Shown here piece by piece: positions 21,002-32,225 of a stretch of DNA of 64,000 nt. The stretch's first letter is position 1, and every line of letters starts with the position of its first letter. The notes below the pieces were generated by a model that was not told where the DNA came from, did not search any database, and was given only the letters and a program-made list of their open reading frames with translations. Where the stretch lies: NCBI GenBank assembly GCA_963662285.2, contig CAXXMV010000008.1, forward strand, positions 224,001-288,000. The letters run 5' to 3'. This DNA comes from a bacterium. Its GTDB lineage: Bacteria; Hinthialibacterota; Hinthialibacteria; Hinthialibacterales; Hinthialibacteraceae. The translations under genes and the position numbers were made by a program.

Positions 21002-21670
21002 TTAATACTCATTACCCCCGCCTGAGCGGAACACGATGTCGCCCACGCTAACCAAACCGTTGGATGCGGTGTATGGGATTCCCCTTTGGGGGTCTCCAGC
21101 GCCTGCTCCGATACCGAATTCCTTATCGGGACCACTGCCGATTAAGGCGAACTCGCCTACTGTAAGAGGACGAAGCCCCAATGGTTCAGCGATCCCCGGT
21201 TTTAATGCGTTGAAATTATGGTTGTAATCGTTGGTTCCAGATTGTCCCTTATAAGCGGCTTCATAGTCTCCATAGCGGTAAGATTCACTCGCCCCTCCCG
21301 GACCGACGAAGAAGGGGTCTACAGGAATGGCGGACATATAAGCCGTGGGGCTGGTTAATGGCGCCAGTACGGCGAACATATTGCGGCCGCTGGGTTGAGG
21401 ACATCCGGTTCCCATGCCTACTTTATGAAATGAGTTTTCAAGACGTTTACAGCCCAGTTCAGTATCATCATCCCACCAATCAACCGGATAAGCGCCCTTA
21501 TCAACTTTTAGCGACATAACTGCGGTTGATAACGACTTCATATCAGCAAGATTTCGTGCGATCTTGGCCTGTGTTTGAGCATTGAGAAAATTGGGAACCG
21601 CGATAGCCGCCAGGATTCCAATAATGGCGACCACAATCAATAGTTCGATTAGAGTGAAGGATTTTTGCAT
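21002..21670 (-). CDS. Type II secretion/type IV pilin-like protein (prepilin N-methylation motif)
   Basis: MQKS|FTLIELLIVVAIIGILAAIAVPNFLNAQ; start taken at 21670. Confidence 0.9.
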   Translation of the reverse strand: MQKSFTLIELLIVVAIIGILAAIAVPNFLNAQTQAKIARNLADMKSLSTAVMSLKVDKGAYPVDWWDDDTELGCKRLENSFHKVGMGTGCPQPSGRNMFAVLAPLTSPTAYMSAIPVDPFFVGPGGASESYRYGDYEAAYKGQSGTNDYNHNFNALKPGIAEPLGLRPLTVGEFALIGSGPDKEFGIGAGAGDPQRGIPYTASNGLVSVGDIVFRSGGGNEY

Positions 21671-21773
21671 TTTATTATCCACGCTAATAGAATCACATCT
21701 TGGAACACAATTTTCAATCAATATAAAAACATAATAGGTTCATCCGGTAAATAAGTACTTTATTATCCTTTTT

Positions 21774-21925
21774 TGTCTGAATCAGGATAGCCAAGATGAA
21801 AGGATGCTCATGATGGGTGATTCTTTAATCTATCACATAAGAATCAGAATAAACAACGATAGATCATACGCTTTAGATGTAAAATCCTGAGTATCCGGTA
21901 AATCCAGATTATCCTGATTCAGACA
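21774..21925. repeat. 152-bp REPIN/MITE-like element of the TGTCTGAATCAGGAT family
   Basis: 16-bp perfect terminal IR TGTCTGAATCAGGATA / TATCCTGATTCAGACA with periodic GAT/ATC internal units. Confidence 0.8.
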
Positions 21926-22055
21926 TTTTTTAGTCTACTTCAGTTAGTATGTATTCAATTACCGGAGGAACCACATAATATGATACCAAGAGACAATTTA
22001 CTACAACACAACCAAATAATCTTTCACAAAAATCAAGATAAATCACAAAGAATTA

Positions 22056-23270
22056 CTAATTCTCACAAATTGCTTTGATAGCGTCAAGCGCCGCCTGGTT
22101 TTTCTTGATGCTGCTCCAGTTATAGATGCATAAATAGCGGCATTTTGGAACCGACAAGGTTCGCCCAATAGCGTTGATCCAGTCATCCCGGTCATTATCC
22201 CCCATTAAAAGCCATTCAACCGCCGCCCAGTAGGGCGCATCGCTCTTCTTGAGGTTTCTCTGCACTCCCCTGTCTCTGGCCGGATTACTCGCATATTTGT
22301 AGAAACTCCATCCGGGACAGGCGTACTGATTCACCGCCGAATCGTATAACAACTCATCATCTTTCCAACCAGCCGTATGGGTGAACAACTGCCGACGCGG
22401 CGTTCCTAATTCAGCGGCCAAAGCGCATAGATCATCAAGATGCCGACTGACGATCTCGGTGAGATGAGTTTCCTGCAATTCTCCACTGTGAGCCAGTTCA
22501 GCGGTACTAACCGCAGCATAGCCGATGGCGGTCACGCCCCGGTGCGGCATATCCTCAACCTTGAGTCCCGTTTGAGGATCATTTTTATCTGGCTTATCCA
22601 ACAGCGCATTTCCATCGGGATAGTAGAACGAATTTACTCCAATGGCGCTCTCCCATCCCAGTTTAACGCCAATCAACAGATGCTGTTTATCCTGCGGCAG
22701 CGCCTGACTCCATTTCAGGATAATAGGTATCAAAACCCGCATCTCATCATGGCAGGCTTTACGATAGGGCTTGCTCATAAAATTAGGTGGAGGCAAAACT
22801 CGAATCTGCCTGCCCCAGTTGCGCCAGGCTATCTTAACGGCGTGTTCCGGCCCCCATCCCGACCACTCGACATTATTGCGGTTCTGTGGATCATAGCCGG
22901 GACGCCCTTCATCCCACCAGTTCCATAAATCAGGACGTCCTCCCCACCACTGCTCGCCATCCAATTGTATTACAACCGGGATGCTGTTACGCTCAGCCAA
23001 AGAGAGAAACTTTTTCAACCGGAGGATGGATTGTTCACGGGGTTTATTTAAGTATGAGAATATAGCCGCGATCCCCAGGCCAACCTTATTGGAAGACTTG
23101 TTTTTAGATACCGCCTGGATTTTCTCGAAGACGGATTGGGTTATTTCGCCATCCGCAATATTAACCACAATATACTGCTCTTCCGCCCTAACGTCTTCAC
23201 CAATTAATAACACAAACAGAGGGCATAGAAAAACCGCCAAATAAATCATTCTACAAAATATTCTGTTCAT
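22056..23270 (-). CDS. Secreted hypothetical protein, possibly a glycoside-hydrolase-like TIM barrel
   Basis: Signal peptide; Trp-rich; GVKLGWE and WAAVEW acidic motifs. Confidence 0.55.
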   Translation of the reverse strand: MNRIFCRMIYLAVFLCPLFVLLIGEDVRAEEQYIVVNIADGEITQSVFEKIQAVSKNKSSNKVGLGIAAIFSYLNKPREQSILRLKKFLSLAERNSIPVVIQLDGEQWWGGRPDLWNWWDEGRPGYDPQNRNNVEWSGWGPEHAVKIAWRNWGRQIRVLPPPNFMSKPYRKACHDEMRVLIPIILKWSQALPQDKQHLLIGVKLGWESAIGVNSFYYPDGNALLDKPDKNDPQTGLKVEDMPHRGVTAIGYAAVSTAELAHSGELQETHLTEIVSRHLDDLCALAAELGTPRRQLFTHTAGWKDDELLYDSAVNQYACPGWSFYKYASNPARDRGVQRNLKKSDAPYWAAVEWLLMGDNDRDDWINAIGRTLSVPKCRYLCIYNWSSIKKNQAALDAIKAICEN

Positions 23271-23359
23271 CGATGCATATCCTTTTTTTAAGTCGTATAA
23301 AATACTACTTTACAAAAAACCTCGTATAATCAATTAATTGCTAAAGTGGTCAATATCAA

Positions 23360-23490
23360 CCCTCACCTATCCTCTCCCAAGATTGGGAGAGGATTTATGA
23401 ACTAAGTCTTTTAAGAACTAAGTCTAAAAGATTTAGCAGTTTATCTCCAATACACCTATCTCCCAAGTTTTAAGTAGAATTCAAGAGGGG
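23360..23490. repeat. CCCTC...CTCCC-x-GGGAG REP-like hairpin family
   Basis: ccctcacctatcctctcccaagattgggagagg; relatives near 27559, 27622, 48505, 49740, 56893 and 56945. Confidence 0.6.
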
Positions 23491-23589
23491 ATTGTTCGCT
23501 AAAACTATGATTTTTCAATTAACCTTATAATTTTATCAAACTATCATTTTTTATAATTCCCGATAGTAATATGGATTATGCCTTATAGC

Positions 23590-24462
23590 CTAAACCATCG
23601 GTTGATGAAATTTCCTATAATCGCGCGGCGAGACGCCTAGCGCTTTGCGGAACTGGCGGGTGAAGTAATTACCGTCGCTGAAGCCTGAGCGTTGTGCTAT
23701 GTCGGTGATGCTGACATTGGTGCTGCGCAGCATTACCGCTGCGCGGTTGATCCGCAGCTGGATCAAATATGCTATGGGAGACGATCCAACCGCCGCATGA
23801 AAGGCGCGGATGAAACTGCGTTTGGACATATCAGCGATCTGCGCCAGTTCATCAAGATTAACCGGCTTTTGGATGTTGGTCTCAATGAAGGTTATGGCGC
23901 TGGCGATGCGCAGCAGCGACCTTGAATCAGGATTTTGGCTGCGCTCATAACAGCGTGATAGAAAACCGATGATCTGCATAAATATGGCGGTCGACATAAA
24001 ACCGAATCCCGCATCACGCCGCTTCAGTTCCGCTTCCAGTTGATCAATAAATCCAACCAAAACATTCAGGTCGCCCGGCGTCAGATGCAAACGGCTGCGG
24101 AATTTATGACGCTGGCGCCAGGCCGGTTCAAGCGAAAAGAGCGCATGATACCCCGGCAGGGAAAGCAGATCGCGCTTATCTATCAAAAGTTTATCCAGAT
24201 CAAACAGAATATTAATCAAACGAAGCTGGTTCATATCCTGGTAGTCATGGGGCAGCGTCTCACCGATGACGAATACGTCTCCTGAGGTCAGAGGCCATGA
24301 ATCCTGCCGGGTGACATGCAGGCCGACGCCTCCGGTAATAATCACCAATTCAGAAAATTCGTGGGTATGCAATCCAAAAGGTTCCTGGGGGTCGCGGCGC
24401 TCGACGGCGATAGAAAATCCGTCTTGATGGAACCAGTGTTCTTTCCTTAATGTGCGAATCAT
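23590..24462 (-). CDS. AraC-family rhamnose regulator (RhaS/RhaR-like)
   Basis: Cupin N-domain LHTHEFSELVII..G.G.H; AraC double HTH; divergent from rhaA; start MIRTLRK at 24462. Confidence 0.9.
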   Translation of the reverse strand: MIRTLRKEHWFHQDGFSIAVERRDPQEPFGLHTHEFSELVIITGGVGLHVTRQDSWPLTSGDVFVIGETLPHDYQDMNQLRLINILFDLDKLLIDKRDLLSLPGYHALFSLEPAWRQRHKFRSRLHLTPGDLNVLVGFIDQLEAELKRRDAGFGFMSTAIFMQIIGFLSRCYERSQNPDSRSLLRIASAITFIETNIQKPVNLDELAQIADMSKRSFIRAFHAAVGSSPIAYLIQLRINRAAVMLRSTNVSITDIAQRSGFSDGNYFTRQFRKALGVSPRDYRKFHQPMV

Positions 24463-24601
24463 GGTATACCAGTTTAGAGGGTAAAATTCCTTTGGCAATA
24501 TCGTGCTATTAATAGGCGAGATAGTCAAGGAGATTACAGTAAATATGCCATAATATGCCTGGCATAGATGAGCATGAAAATAGATCATAATAGAGAACGG
24601 G

Positions 24602-25879
24602 ATGATTATTATGTCATTGAATCAAGAGAAAATTGAACAGGCCTACAAAATCGCTAAAGAGCAATATGCGGAGATTGGCATGGATGTTGACCAGGCCATA
24701 GAGACGCTGGCTAAAATCCCCATATCGCTGCATTGCTGGCAAGGCGACGATGTAGGCGGCTTTGAAAATGCGGGAGGCGACATCGGCGGTGGTCTGGCGG
24801 TGACCGGAAACTACCCCGGCAAAGCGCGCACCCCGGATGAGTTGCGCAGCGACCTGGATAAGGCGCTATCGCTGATCCCCGGCAAGCACCGGCTCAACCT
24901 GCACGCCAGTTATGCTGAGACCGGCGGCCAGAAAATCGAACGAAATAACCTGGAACCAAGCCATTTTCAAGGTTGGATCGACTGGGCCAAGGGCAATGGT
25001 ATGGGCATGGATTTCAATCCAACCTATTTCGCCCACCCCAAGGCGGACGATGGATTCACCCTGTCGCACAAGGATAAAGGCATCCGCCAGTTCTGGATCG
25101 AACATGGCATCGTCTGCCGCAAAATCGGCGAGGCCTTCGGTAAAGCGCTGGGTTCGCCCTGCGTGACCAATGTCTGGATTCCCGACGGCTACAAAGATAC
25201 TCCAGCCGACCGCCAAGGCCCCCGCCAGCGCTTAGCGGATTCGTTGGACGCCATATTCAAAGAGCCTATTGACGCGCAATACAACCTGGACGCTATTGAA
25301 TGCAAACTGTTTGGCATCGGTTCAGAGAGTTACGTGGTCGGGTCGCATGAATTCTACATGGGCTACGCCATAAAGAACCAGAAGGTTCTGTGTCTCGATA
25401 CAGGACACTTTCATCCAACCGAAGTAGTATCAGATAAGATCAGTTCAATAATGCTGTGGATTGAAGAACTGCTGCTGCATGTCAGCCGCGGCATCAGATG
25501 GGACAGCGACCACGTTGTTGTGCTATCCGATGAATTGCAGGCGCTGGCCAAAGAACTGGTTCGCGGCGCATATCTGAGCCGCACTCATATCGGCCTGGAT
25601 TTCTTCGACGCCAGCATCAACCGCGTGGCGGCCTGGGTGATCGGAACGCGCTGCATGATCAAAGCGCTGCTCATCGCCCTGCTCGAACCAATTGACATGC
25701 TGCGCCGCTTTGAAGATGATGGCGACCATACCTCGCGTCTGGCCATAATGGAAGAGATCAAAACCCTGCCTTTGGGAGCAATTTGGGATTACTACTGCAC
25801 CAGGTCAAACGTCGCAGTCGGGCGAAACTGGCTTGATGAAGTTAAACAATATGAAAATAATGTACTAGCGAAACGGTGA
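24602..25879 (+). CDS. rhaA: L-rhamnose isomerase
   Basis: [75 protein letters not shown]. Confidence 0.97.
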   Translation: MIIMSLNQEKIEQAYKIAKEQYAEIGMDVDQAIETLAKIPISLHCWQGDDVGGFENAGGDIGGGLAVTGNYPGKARTPDELRSDLDKALSLIPGKHRLNLHASYAETGGQKIERNNLEPSHFQGWIDWAKGNGMGMDFNPTYFAHPKADDGFTLSHKDKGIRQFWIEHGIVCRKIGEAFGKALGSPCVTNVWIPDGYKDTPADRQGPRQRLADSLDAIFKEPIDAQYNLDAIECKLFGIGSESYVVGSHEFYMGYAIKNQKVLCLDTGHFHPTEVVSDKISSIMLWIEELLLHVSRGIRWDSDHVVVLSDELQALAKELVRGAYLSRTHIGLDFFDASINRVAAWVIGTRCMIKALLIALLEPIDMLRRFEDDGDHTSRLAIMEEIKTLPLGAIWDYYCTRSNVAVGRNWLDEVKQYENNVLAKR

Positions 25880-27348
25880 GAACGCTTATGAACGACTTAA
25901 ACAACAACTCAGAAAACAACATTCTCGACCCCAACCAGTCTGCGCCGGATCAAGTTGAAACCAGCGCACAACCGGGAGATGAATTTGAACGCGAGCCAGT
26001 GCCTCAGCGATCCCTGCTGGGCTTCAAGAGTTTTATCGGCATGTACGCCGGAGAGCATTGCGCCGGAACGGAACTAATGCTCGGACCATTGTTCCTCGCC
26101 TCAGGCGCCAGCGCCTTTAACTTAATCGTCGGCCTGCTGCTAGGCAACCTGCTGGCTGTCTTTAGCTGGATGTTTATGACGGCGCCGATCGCCACCCGCG
26201 CCCGTCTTACGCTCTATTATCAATTAGAAAAAATCTGCGGCCGGAAACTAGTAACACTTTATAACCTGGCCAATGGAGTGATGTTCTGCTTCCTGGCCGG
26301 CGCCATGATAACCGTATCGGCGACGGCAGTCGGTCTCTGCTTCAATATCGATATGCCGGGTTTATACGATTACTACCCCAACAGCATTGGTTGGGTATTA
26401 TCGGTCTTCGGAGTGGGACTGGTCATTTCAGTAGTGGCCGCCTATGGATACCAAACCGTATCAAGATTCGCCAACATCGCATCGCCTTGGATGGTGTTGG
26501 TATTTCTAGCCTTCGGCTTCGTTGCATTGCCGCAATTAGGCGTTGATTCATTCGGTAATTTCTGGGCCGTCGCTAATGAAAACATCTGGAAAGGCGGAGA
26601 GCCTTTTGAAGGATACGCAAAATTCACTTTCTGGCATATCGTATTCTGGTCATGGTTCTGTAATATGGCCATGCACATCGGCATGTCGGATCTAAGCGTG
26701 TTCCGTTTCGCTAAGAAATCATGGTATGGCATCGCGTCCGGCGCCGGAATGTATGTCGGTCATTATTTCGCCTGGATTTCAGCTTCCTTACTATTCGCGT
26801 TGCAACTCCATCGCAATCCCCTCAACCAGGATGTTCTTCCTGGACCAATGGCCTATGATGCTGCTGGAATCGCCGGATTAATATGCGTTGTTATCGCCGG
26901 ATGGACTACCGCTAATCCAACCATCTACCGCGCTGGACTGGCATTCCAAGCTATTATCCCCAAAGTTTCAAGATTCAAAGTCACAATTCTTACCGGACTA
27001 CTGGCAACCTTAGCTGGTATGTTCCCCTGGTTCGCCATGAAACTTTTGGATTTCGTAGCACTGTATGGCATGTTGCTTATGCCGATGGGCGCGGTTATCT
27101 TCGTCGATTTCTGGCTGCTCAAAAAATTCGGCCTACAAAGCAATTACGCTGAACTGAGCCGCATGACATTCAACTGGGCAGCAGGATTAACCTGGTTCCT
27201 CACCTTGGGAACTTGTATTTTACTGGTTAAGTTCGCTGGCATCCAGATTTATTTCGTCAGCCTGCCGGGCTGGTTCGTGGCGGCGGTATTATACGTTGTC
27301 TTAAGTAAGTATTATCAGCAGAAAGTACATCAAAGCGCCAGCGCTTAA
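25876..27348 (+). CDS. Purine/cytosine permease (NCS1)-like membrane transporter
   Basis: About 12 hydrophobic segments; [36 protein letters not shown]. Confidence 0.8.
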   Translation: MRTLMNDLNNNSENNILDPNQSAPDQVETSAQPGDEFEREPVPQRSLLGFKSFIGMYAGEHCAGTELMLGPLFLASGASAFNLIVGLLLGNLLAVFSWMFMTAPIATRARLTLYYQLEKICGRKLVTLYNLANGVMFCFLAGAMITVSATAVGLCFNIDMPGLYDYYPNSIGWVLSVFGVGLVISVVAAYGYQTVSRFANIASPWMVLVFLAFGFVALPQLGVDSFGNFWAVANENIWKGGEPFEGYAKFTFWHIVFWSWFCNMAMHIGMSDLSVFRFAKKSWYGIASGAGMYVGHYFAWISASLLFALQLHRNPLNQDVLPGPMAYDAAGIAGLICVVIAGWTTANPTIYRAGLAFQAIIPKVSRFKVTILTGLLATLAGMFPWFAMKLLDFVALYGMLLMPMGAVIFVDFWLLKKFGLQSNYAELSRMTFNWAAGLTWFLTLGTCILLVKFAGIQIYFVSLPGWFVAAVLYVVLSKYYQQKVHQSASA

Positions 27349-27363
27349 GGAGTTTTTAATATC

Positions 27364-27540
27364 ATGAGAATAATCCTGCAAATAATATCCTGGATCGCAT
27401 TGGCGGCGACGCTGGTTCCTTCGATGCTCTACTGCGTTGGATCAATGCCGCTGGATATGGTAAAATGGATCATGCTGCTGGCTACAATCGTATGGTTCGC
27501 AGTCACCCCGTTCTGGATGAACCGCAAACCATCTGCATAA
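27364..27540 (+). CDS. Small two-TM membrane protein (58 aa), absent from the ORF track
   Basis: TAAGGAG RBS; MRIILQIISWIALAATLVPSMLYCVGSMPLDMVKWIMLLATIVWFAVTPFWMNRKPSA. Confidence 0.75.
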   Translation: MRIILQIISWIALAATLVPSMLYCVGSMPLDMVKWIMLLATIVWFAVTPFWMNRKPSA

Positions 27541-27610
27541 TCAGCCAGCCGATTATTGCCCCTAACTTCCCCCAAGTTCGGGGGAGGTTAGGGGGCAATG
27601 TCATTAAATT

Positions 27611-27923
27611 AACCGTGTTGTCCCCTCTCTCCCGAACTCCTCTCCTGACACAAATCAGGAGAGGAAAATGAAACGGGCAACATCCTAGAATGGGCAACAT
27701 CTTTGAGTGGGGAGCATCGGCTTCTAGCCGGTGTGCCAAATAAATCGGATATAGAATTAACCCCATTACGCATAAAATTTCCAAGAGAGAGGGGGATGAA
27801 AAATGGAATTATATTCGAACCAATCCGGTTAGGAAGGGATTGTTTGAAGTTGTTAAGGAGTATCCGTTTTTGTATGAAGAGAACCGAAGGGATTTTCGCA
27901 CCGGCTAGAAGCCGATGCTCCCC
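27611..27923. repeat. Composite REP cluster including GGGGAGCATCGGCTTCTAGCCGGTG and its inverted copy
   Basis: ggggagcatcggcttctagccggtg near 27709; caccggctagaagccgatgctcccc near 27899-27923. Confidence 0.8.
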
Positions 27924-27956
27924 TTTTTGATTGTCGGGTGGAAAGGGAAGACGATA

Positions 27957-28751
27957 ATGAAACAATATCTAATTTATTTTTCTATATTATTATTTACAAT
28001 ATCATGCGCTCATCAACAATATCATGACAGTACAATTTTGAATCCGGTTGAATCATTTGAAGAATCGGATTCTCCATCTCAGTATCAATATGACTCTTTG
28101 AAATTCACAGGCCCCTGGGGCTATAATAAAAGTGAAAATTCCTCTAGAAAATATCCATTACTAGTATCCGGCTGCTGGGGAGAAGGGGCGAAACAATATT
28201 CAAGTTATACTCAAACATATCCGGCATTCATTTTAGATTATCAAAAGAATAAAGTATCTGACGGAGAATTCCTCGGACAATGGATTAAAGATATAATCTC
28301 ATCAGGCTATAGAATTGATATCAATAGAATATATTTAACTGGATTCTCAAAAGGTGGCTCCGGTAGTTTCCCTTTAGCGATAGGGATGCATAATGCAGGT
28401 TTATACTTTGCCGCCATAATAAGAGTTGCAGGGCAAAGTCAATATGACTTAGGTAATGAAATTGTTGAAAAGACGGCAATTTGGTATCATCTTGGATTAA
28501 ATGACGAGCCAAGGCGCGTCGATGTAGCCCGTAAAACGCTTGAATATAATAGAAACTATCCATGCAATAAAGATGCAATTGAAACATCGGTTTCTGATAA
28601 TATTACAGGCCATGAACGAAACACAATCACGATTACCCGTTCGGGCCGCCCAATGTTTATCTATAGTGAATACACGGGTATGGGACATACTCCAGAACCA
28701 TGCTACAAAGATAAATCTATATTCCCCTGGATGTTCAGTAATTCATTGTAA
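27957..28751 (+). CDS. Lipoprotein, alpha/beta-hydrolase (esterase/peptidase-like)
   Basis: Lipobox TISC; RIDINRIYLTGFSKGG nucleophile elbow; EYTGMGH; AT-rich. Confidence 0.75.
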   Translation: MKQYLIYFSILLFTISCAHQQYHDSTILNPVESFEESDSPSQYQYDSLKFTGPWGYNKSENSSRKYPLLVSGCWGEGAKQYSSYTQTYPAFILDYQKNKVSDGEFLGQWIKDIISSGYRIDINRIYLTGFSKGGSGSFPLAIGMHNAGLYFAAIIRVAGQSQYDLGNEIVEKTAIWYHLGLNDEPRRVDVARKTLEYNRNYPCNKDAIETSVSDNITGHERNTITITRSGRPMFIYSEYTGMGHTPEPCYKDKSIFPWMFSNSL

Positions 28752-28758
28752 AATAGAT

Positions 28759-28860
28759 AACCGAATTGTCCCTTCTCCCGACACGAATCAAGAGAGAGAA
28801 CAAAACGGGAACATCATAGAATGGGGAGCATCGGCTTCTAGCCGGTGCGTCAAATACGAT
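28759..28860 (+). repeat. Direct-repeat copy of the 27611-27745 composite REP
   Basis: aaccg..ttgtccc..ctcc.gacac.aatca.gagag...aaacggg.aacatc.tagaatggg...gagcatcggcttctagccggtg shared by both copies. Confidence 0.75.
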
Positions 28861-28953
28861 AGTAAATCATAGGGTGGGCTAAGCCCACCAGTACAACTCA
28901 GAGTAATATAAAAAAAACGTAAGTTCATCAATCAAGAGAAAGCAAGTTTTATC

Positions 28954-30432
28954 ATGTCTAAACAATGTTATCTTGGAATCGATTTAGGAGCGGGAAGCGG
29001 TCGGGTCATGGCTGGTCTTTTCGACGGCCAACGCATATCCATAGAAGAAATGCACCGCTTCCCCAACGAGGCGATCCCTTTGGGAAACACGCTGCGTTGG
29101 GATGTACTGAAGTTGTGGACTGAAATCAAACAAGGTTTATCGGTAGCTGCGGAACGCTATGGCGACGACGTCATCTCTGCGGGAGTCGATACCTGGGGAG
29201 TGGATTACGTTCTCTTCTCTAAAAACTTCGAAATCCTGGGGCAGCCCTATCACTACCGTGATGCGCGGACTCTGGGCATCCTGGATTACGCCTTTGAAAC
29301 CGTGCCCCGCGCTGATATTTTCGCCGAAACCGGATTGCAGTTTTTGGAACTCAACACGCTATATCAGTTGCTGGCCACCAAACGGGATAATCCCGACGTC
29401 CTGGCGGCGGCTGATTGTATGCTGATGATGCCTGATTTCTTCCATTGGTGCCTATGCGGTTCGAAGGTCTGCGAGTTCACCGAAGCGACCACTTCGCAAT
29501 GCCTCAACCCAATCACCAAGAATTGGTCAGCTGACCTGTTGAAGCGCTTTGATCTTCCCACCCATATCTTCCCCGAAATCGTGCAGCCTGGAACTAACAT
29601 CGGCAAGTTGTATGACAGCGTCTGCGATGAAACCGGGTTAAAGAAAATCGACATCGTCGCTCCAGCCACCCATGACACCGGGTCGGCGGTGGCGGCGGTT
29701 CCCACCAAGAACACAGGCCAACCCAACTGGGCCTATATCAGTTCGGGCACCTGGTCGCTGGTGGGAGTAGAGATCAACCAGGCCATTCTCAACGATAAAG
29801 TATTGGAACTGAATTTCACCAATGAGGGCGGCATCGACGGCACGTTCCGCTTCCTCAAAAACATCATGGGTCTATGGCTGGTCCAGCAAAGCAAACAGGC
29901 CTTCGAGAAACGTGGAGTTAAACTGGGTTATGACGAACTGATCGCTATGGCGGAGAAATCAACTCCGTTCCGTTCGATAGTAAATCCCGACGACCCACGT
30001 TTCCTTAATCCCCCGGATATGACTGAAGCCATCCAGCAATTCTGCAAGGATACAAATCAGCCCGCTCCCGAAAATGAAGGCCAGTTCATCCGCTGCGCCC
30101 TGGAGAGCCTGGCGCTCAAATACGACGCAGTGCTCAGGTCAATCGAAGAACTCACCCAAACCCCGATTGAAGTAATCCACCTGGTAGGCGGAGGATCGCA
30201 GAACAGCCTATTAAACCAACTGACGGCGGACGCCTGCGGCAAGCCAGTAATAACCGGCCCCATAGAAGCAACAGTACTGGGCAACCTACTAGTCCAAGCC
30301 CGCGCCTCAGGAGAAATCAAAACCCTGGACGACATCCGCTCAGTAGTACGCAATTCCACCGATATGGAACACCTGGAACCGCAAAAAACCGATTGGAGCG
30401 AAGCACGGCAGCGGTTTGCGGGATTGAGCTGA
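28954..30432 (+). CDS. rhaB: Rhamnulokinase (FGGY family)
   Basis: [57 protein letters not shown]. Confidence 0.95.
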   Translation: MSKQCYLGIDLGAGSGRVMAGLFDGQRISIEEMHRFPNEAIPLGNTLRWDVLKLWTEIKQGLSVAAERYGDDVISAGVDTWGVDYVLFSKNFEILGQPYHYRDARTLGILDYAFETVPRADIFAETGLQFLELNTLYQLLATKRDNPDVLAAADCMLMMPDFFHWCLCGSKVCEFTEATTSQCLNPITKNWSADLLKRFDLPTHIFPEIVQPGTNIGKLYDSVCDETGLKKIDIVAPATHDTGSAVAAVPTKNTGQPNWAYISSGTWSLVGVEINQAILNDKVLELNFTNEGGIDGTFRFLKNIMGLWLVQQSKQAFEKRGVKLGYDELIAMAEKSTPFRSIVNPDDPRFLNPPDMTEAIQQFCKDTNQPAPENEGQFIRCALESLALKYDAVLRSIEELTQTPIEVIHLVGGGSQNSLLNQLTADACGKPVITGPIEATVLGNLLVQARASGEIKTLDDIRSVVRNSTDMEHLEPQKTDWSEARQRFAGLS

Positions 30433-30446
30433 TATACAATAACAAA

Positions 30447-30500
30447 GTAGGGTGGGTCGCGCTTTACCGACCCACCGATAACAATTGATTCGATGAGTCA
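30447..30500 (+). repeat. GTAGGGTGGG-type REP, left edge of the defence block
   Basis: gtagggtgggtcgcgctttaccgacccaccgat...gattcgatgagtca. Confidence 0.75.
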
Positions 30501-30530
30501 TAAAAATCCATTTTCAATGGTGCAAAATAC

Positions 30531-32225
30531 ATGGCAAAAAATAAAACAAAACTCGAACTGACGTGGATCGGGAAGGAGAACCGGCCCAAACTGGAGCCGC
30601 GTATTCTCATCGAAGACCCGGAGAAATCCTACCACGCGGTTCAACGCCATTGCGAAAACGACATTTTCGATAATCGATTGATCTTTGGTGACAATCTGCT
30701 TGCGCTTAAGGCGCTGGAGCAAGAGTTTACGGAAAAGATCAAGTGCATCTATATCGATCCACCATACAATACTGGATCAGCATTCACATATTATGATGAT
30801 GGTATAGAGCATTCGCTGTGGTTATCTTTAATGCGTGACCGATTGGAAATTCTTCAAAAACTGCTTCGTGATGATGGTTCGATTTGGATAAGCATTGACG
30901 ACAACGAATGTCACTATCTTAAGGTTTTAATGGACGAAGTGTTTGGCCGACAACAATATATCACGTGCGTAATTTGGCAAAAGATTTTTTCTCCAAAAAG
31001 TACAGCACGCCACTTGTCTGAGTCGCACGACTACCTGTTATTATTCGCTAAAAACAAGGAGAAATGGACACGCAATTTACTACCGCGCACAAAAGAACAC
31101 AATAAAAACTACAAGAATCCTGATAACGATTCTCGTGGTCCTTGGACATCTGGCGACCTCTCTGCAAGAAACTATTACGGAGCAGGTACGTATGAAATTT
31201 CTACACCAAAGGGTCGAATAATCCCGGGACCACCGAAAGGAATGTATTGGCGAGTTTCAAAGGAAAAATTTATTGAATTAGATAGAGATAAACGCATTTG
31301 GTGGGGTAAAGAAGGAAATAATCAACCTCGCTTAAAGCGTTTTTTGTCAGAAGTAATGGATGGTGTTGTACCGCAGACTATTTGGACTCATCAAGAAGTA
31401 GGTAATACTCAGGAAGCGAAGAAGGAAATTATTGCTGTAGTTCCCGAAGCAGAAGAAGTATTTCAGACTACTAAGCCAGAAAGGTTGATAAAACGTATAC
31501 TTGAAATTGCAACTGATCCAGGTGATCTTATCCTTGATTCCTTTGCGGGTTCAGGCACAACCGGATCTGTCGCACATAAGATGGGCCGACGGTGGATCAT
31601 GGTCGAATTGGGCGACCATTGTCATAATCTCATTATTCCACGAATGAAAAAGGTTATTGACGGAGAGGATACAGGTGGTATTACTGAAGACGCAGACTGG
31701 AAAGGTGGCGGCGGTTTCCGTTACTTCCGGCTGGGACCATCTCTAATCGTTGAAGATGAATGGGGAAATCCAGTAATCAACTCCGAATTCAATGGAGCCA
31801 TGCTGGCAGAGGCTATGTGCAAACTGGAGGGATTTAAGTATGCCCCTAGTGAGGATGTTTATTGGATTCATGGTAAGAGTACAGAAGCAGATTTTATTTA
31901 TGTGACTACCCAGTTCATGAGCAGGGATATGTTGACCCGACTAAGCGACGAGGTCGGGCCGGAACGCAGCCTTCTTATTTGCTGTTCAGCCTTCCGATGC
32001 GATCCTGCTCAGTTCCCTACCCTGACCGTCAAGAAAATCCCGAAAGCGGTTTTGAAGAAATGTGAATGGGGCCATGACGATTATAGCCTGGAAATACAGA
32101 ATCTCCCCAAGGCTCCTCCAGAACCGGAAGAGCAGGCAGAAGACGAGTCTGCGAAACCCCGGCGGAAATACGGCAAATCAAAAACACCCCAGGAATCACT
32201 ATTCGACATGGAAGGTGACCAATGA
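30531..32225 (+). CDS. mod: Type III restriction-modification methyltransferase (Mod)
   Basis: IYIDPPYNTG (motif IV), KPERLI.RI, DSFAGSGTT (motif I); overlaps res. Confidence 0.93.
   Translation: MAKNKTKLELTWIGKENRPKLEPRILIEDPEKSYHAVQRHCENDIFDNRLIFGDNLLALKALEQEFTEKIKCIYIDPPYNTGSAFTYYDDGIEHSLWLSLMRDRLEILQKLLRDDGSIWISIDDNECHYLKVLMDEVFGRQQYITCVIWQKIFSPKSTARHLSESHDYLLLFAKNKEKWTRNLLPRTKEHNKNYKNPDNDSRGPWTSGDLSARNYYGAGTYEISTPKGRIIPGPPKGMYWRVSKEKFIELDRDKRIWWGKEGNNQPRLKRFLSEVMDGVVPQTIWTHQEVGNTQEAKKEIIAVVPEAEEVFQTTKPERLIKRILEIATDPGDLILDSFAGSGTTGSVAHKMGRRWIMVELGDHCHNLIIPRMKKVIDGEDTGGITEDADWKGGGGFRYFRLGPSLIVEDEWGNPVINSEFNGAMLAEAMCKLEGFKYAPSEDVYWIHGKSTEADFIYVTTQFMSRDMLTRLSDEVGPERSLLICCSAFRCDPAQFPTLTVKKIPKAVLKKCEWGHDDYSLEIQNLPKAPPEPEEQAEDESAKPRRKYGKSKTPQESLFDMEGDQ

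Noticed and set aside
24493-24508. TGGCAATATCGTGC as a sigma-54 promoter for rhaA
   Set aside because: GG-GC spacing is one base short; it may be an AraC-type operator half-site, but that cannot be supported from sequence alone.
27465-27965. Several short overlapping ORFs between the transporter and the esterase
   Set aside because: They translate REP sequences or overlap the better-supported 27364-27540 ORF.
30531-32225. Phase-variable (phasevarion) mod gene
   Set aside because: No simple sequence repeat tract seen in or upstream of mod.
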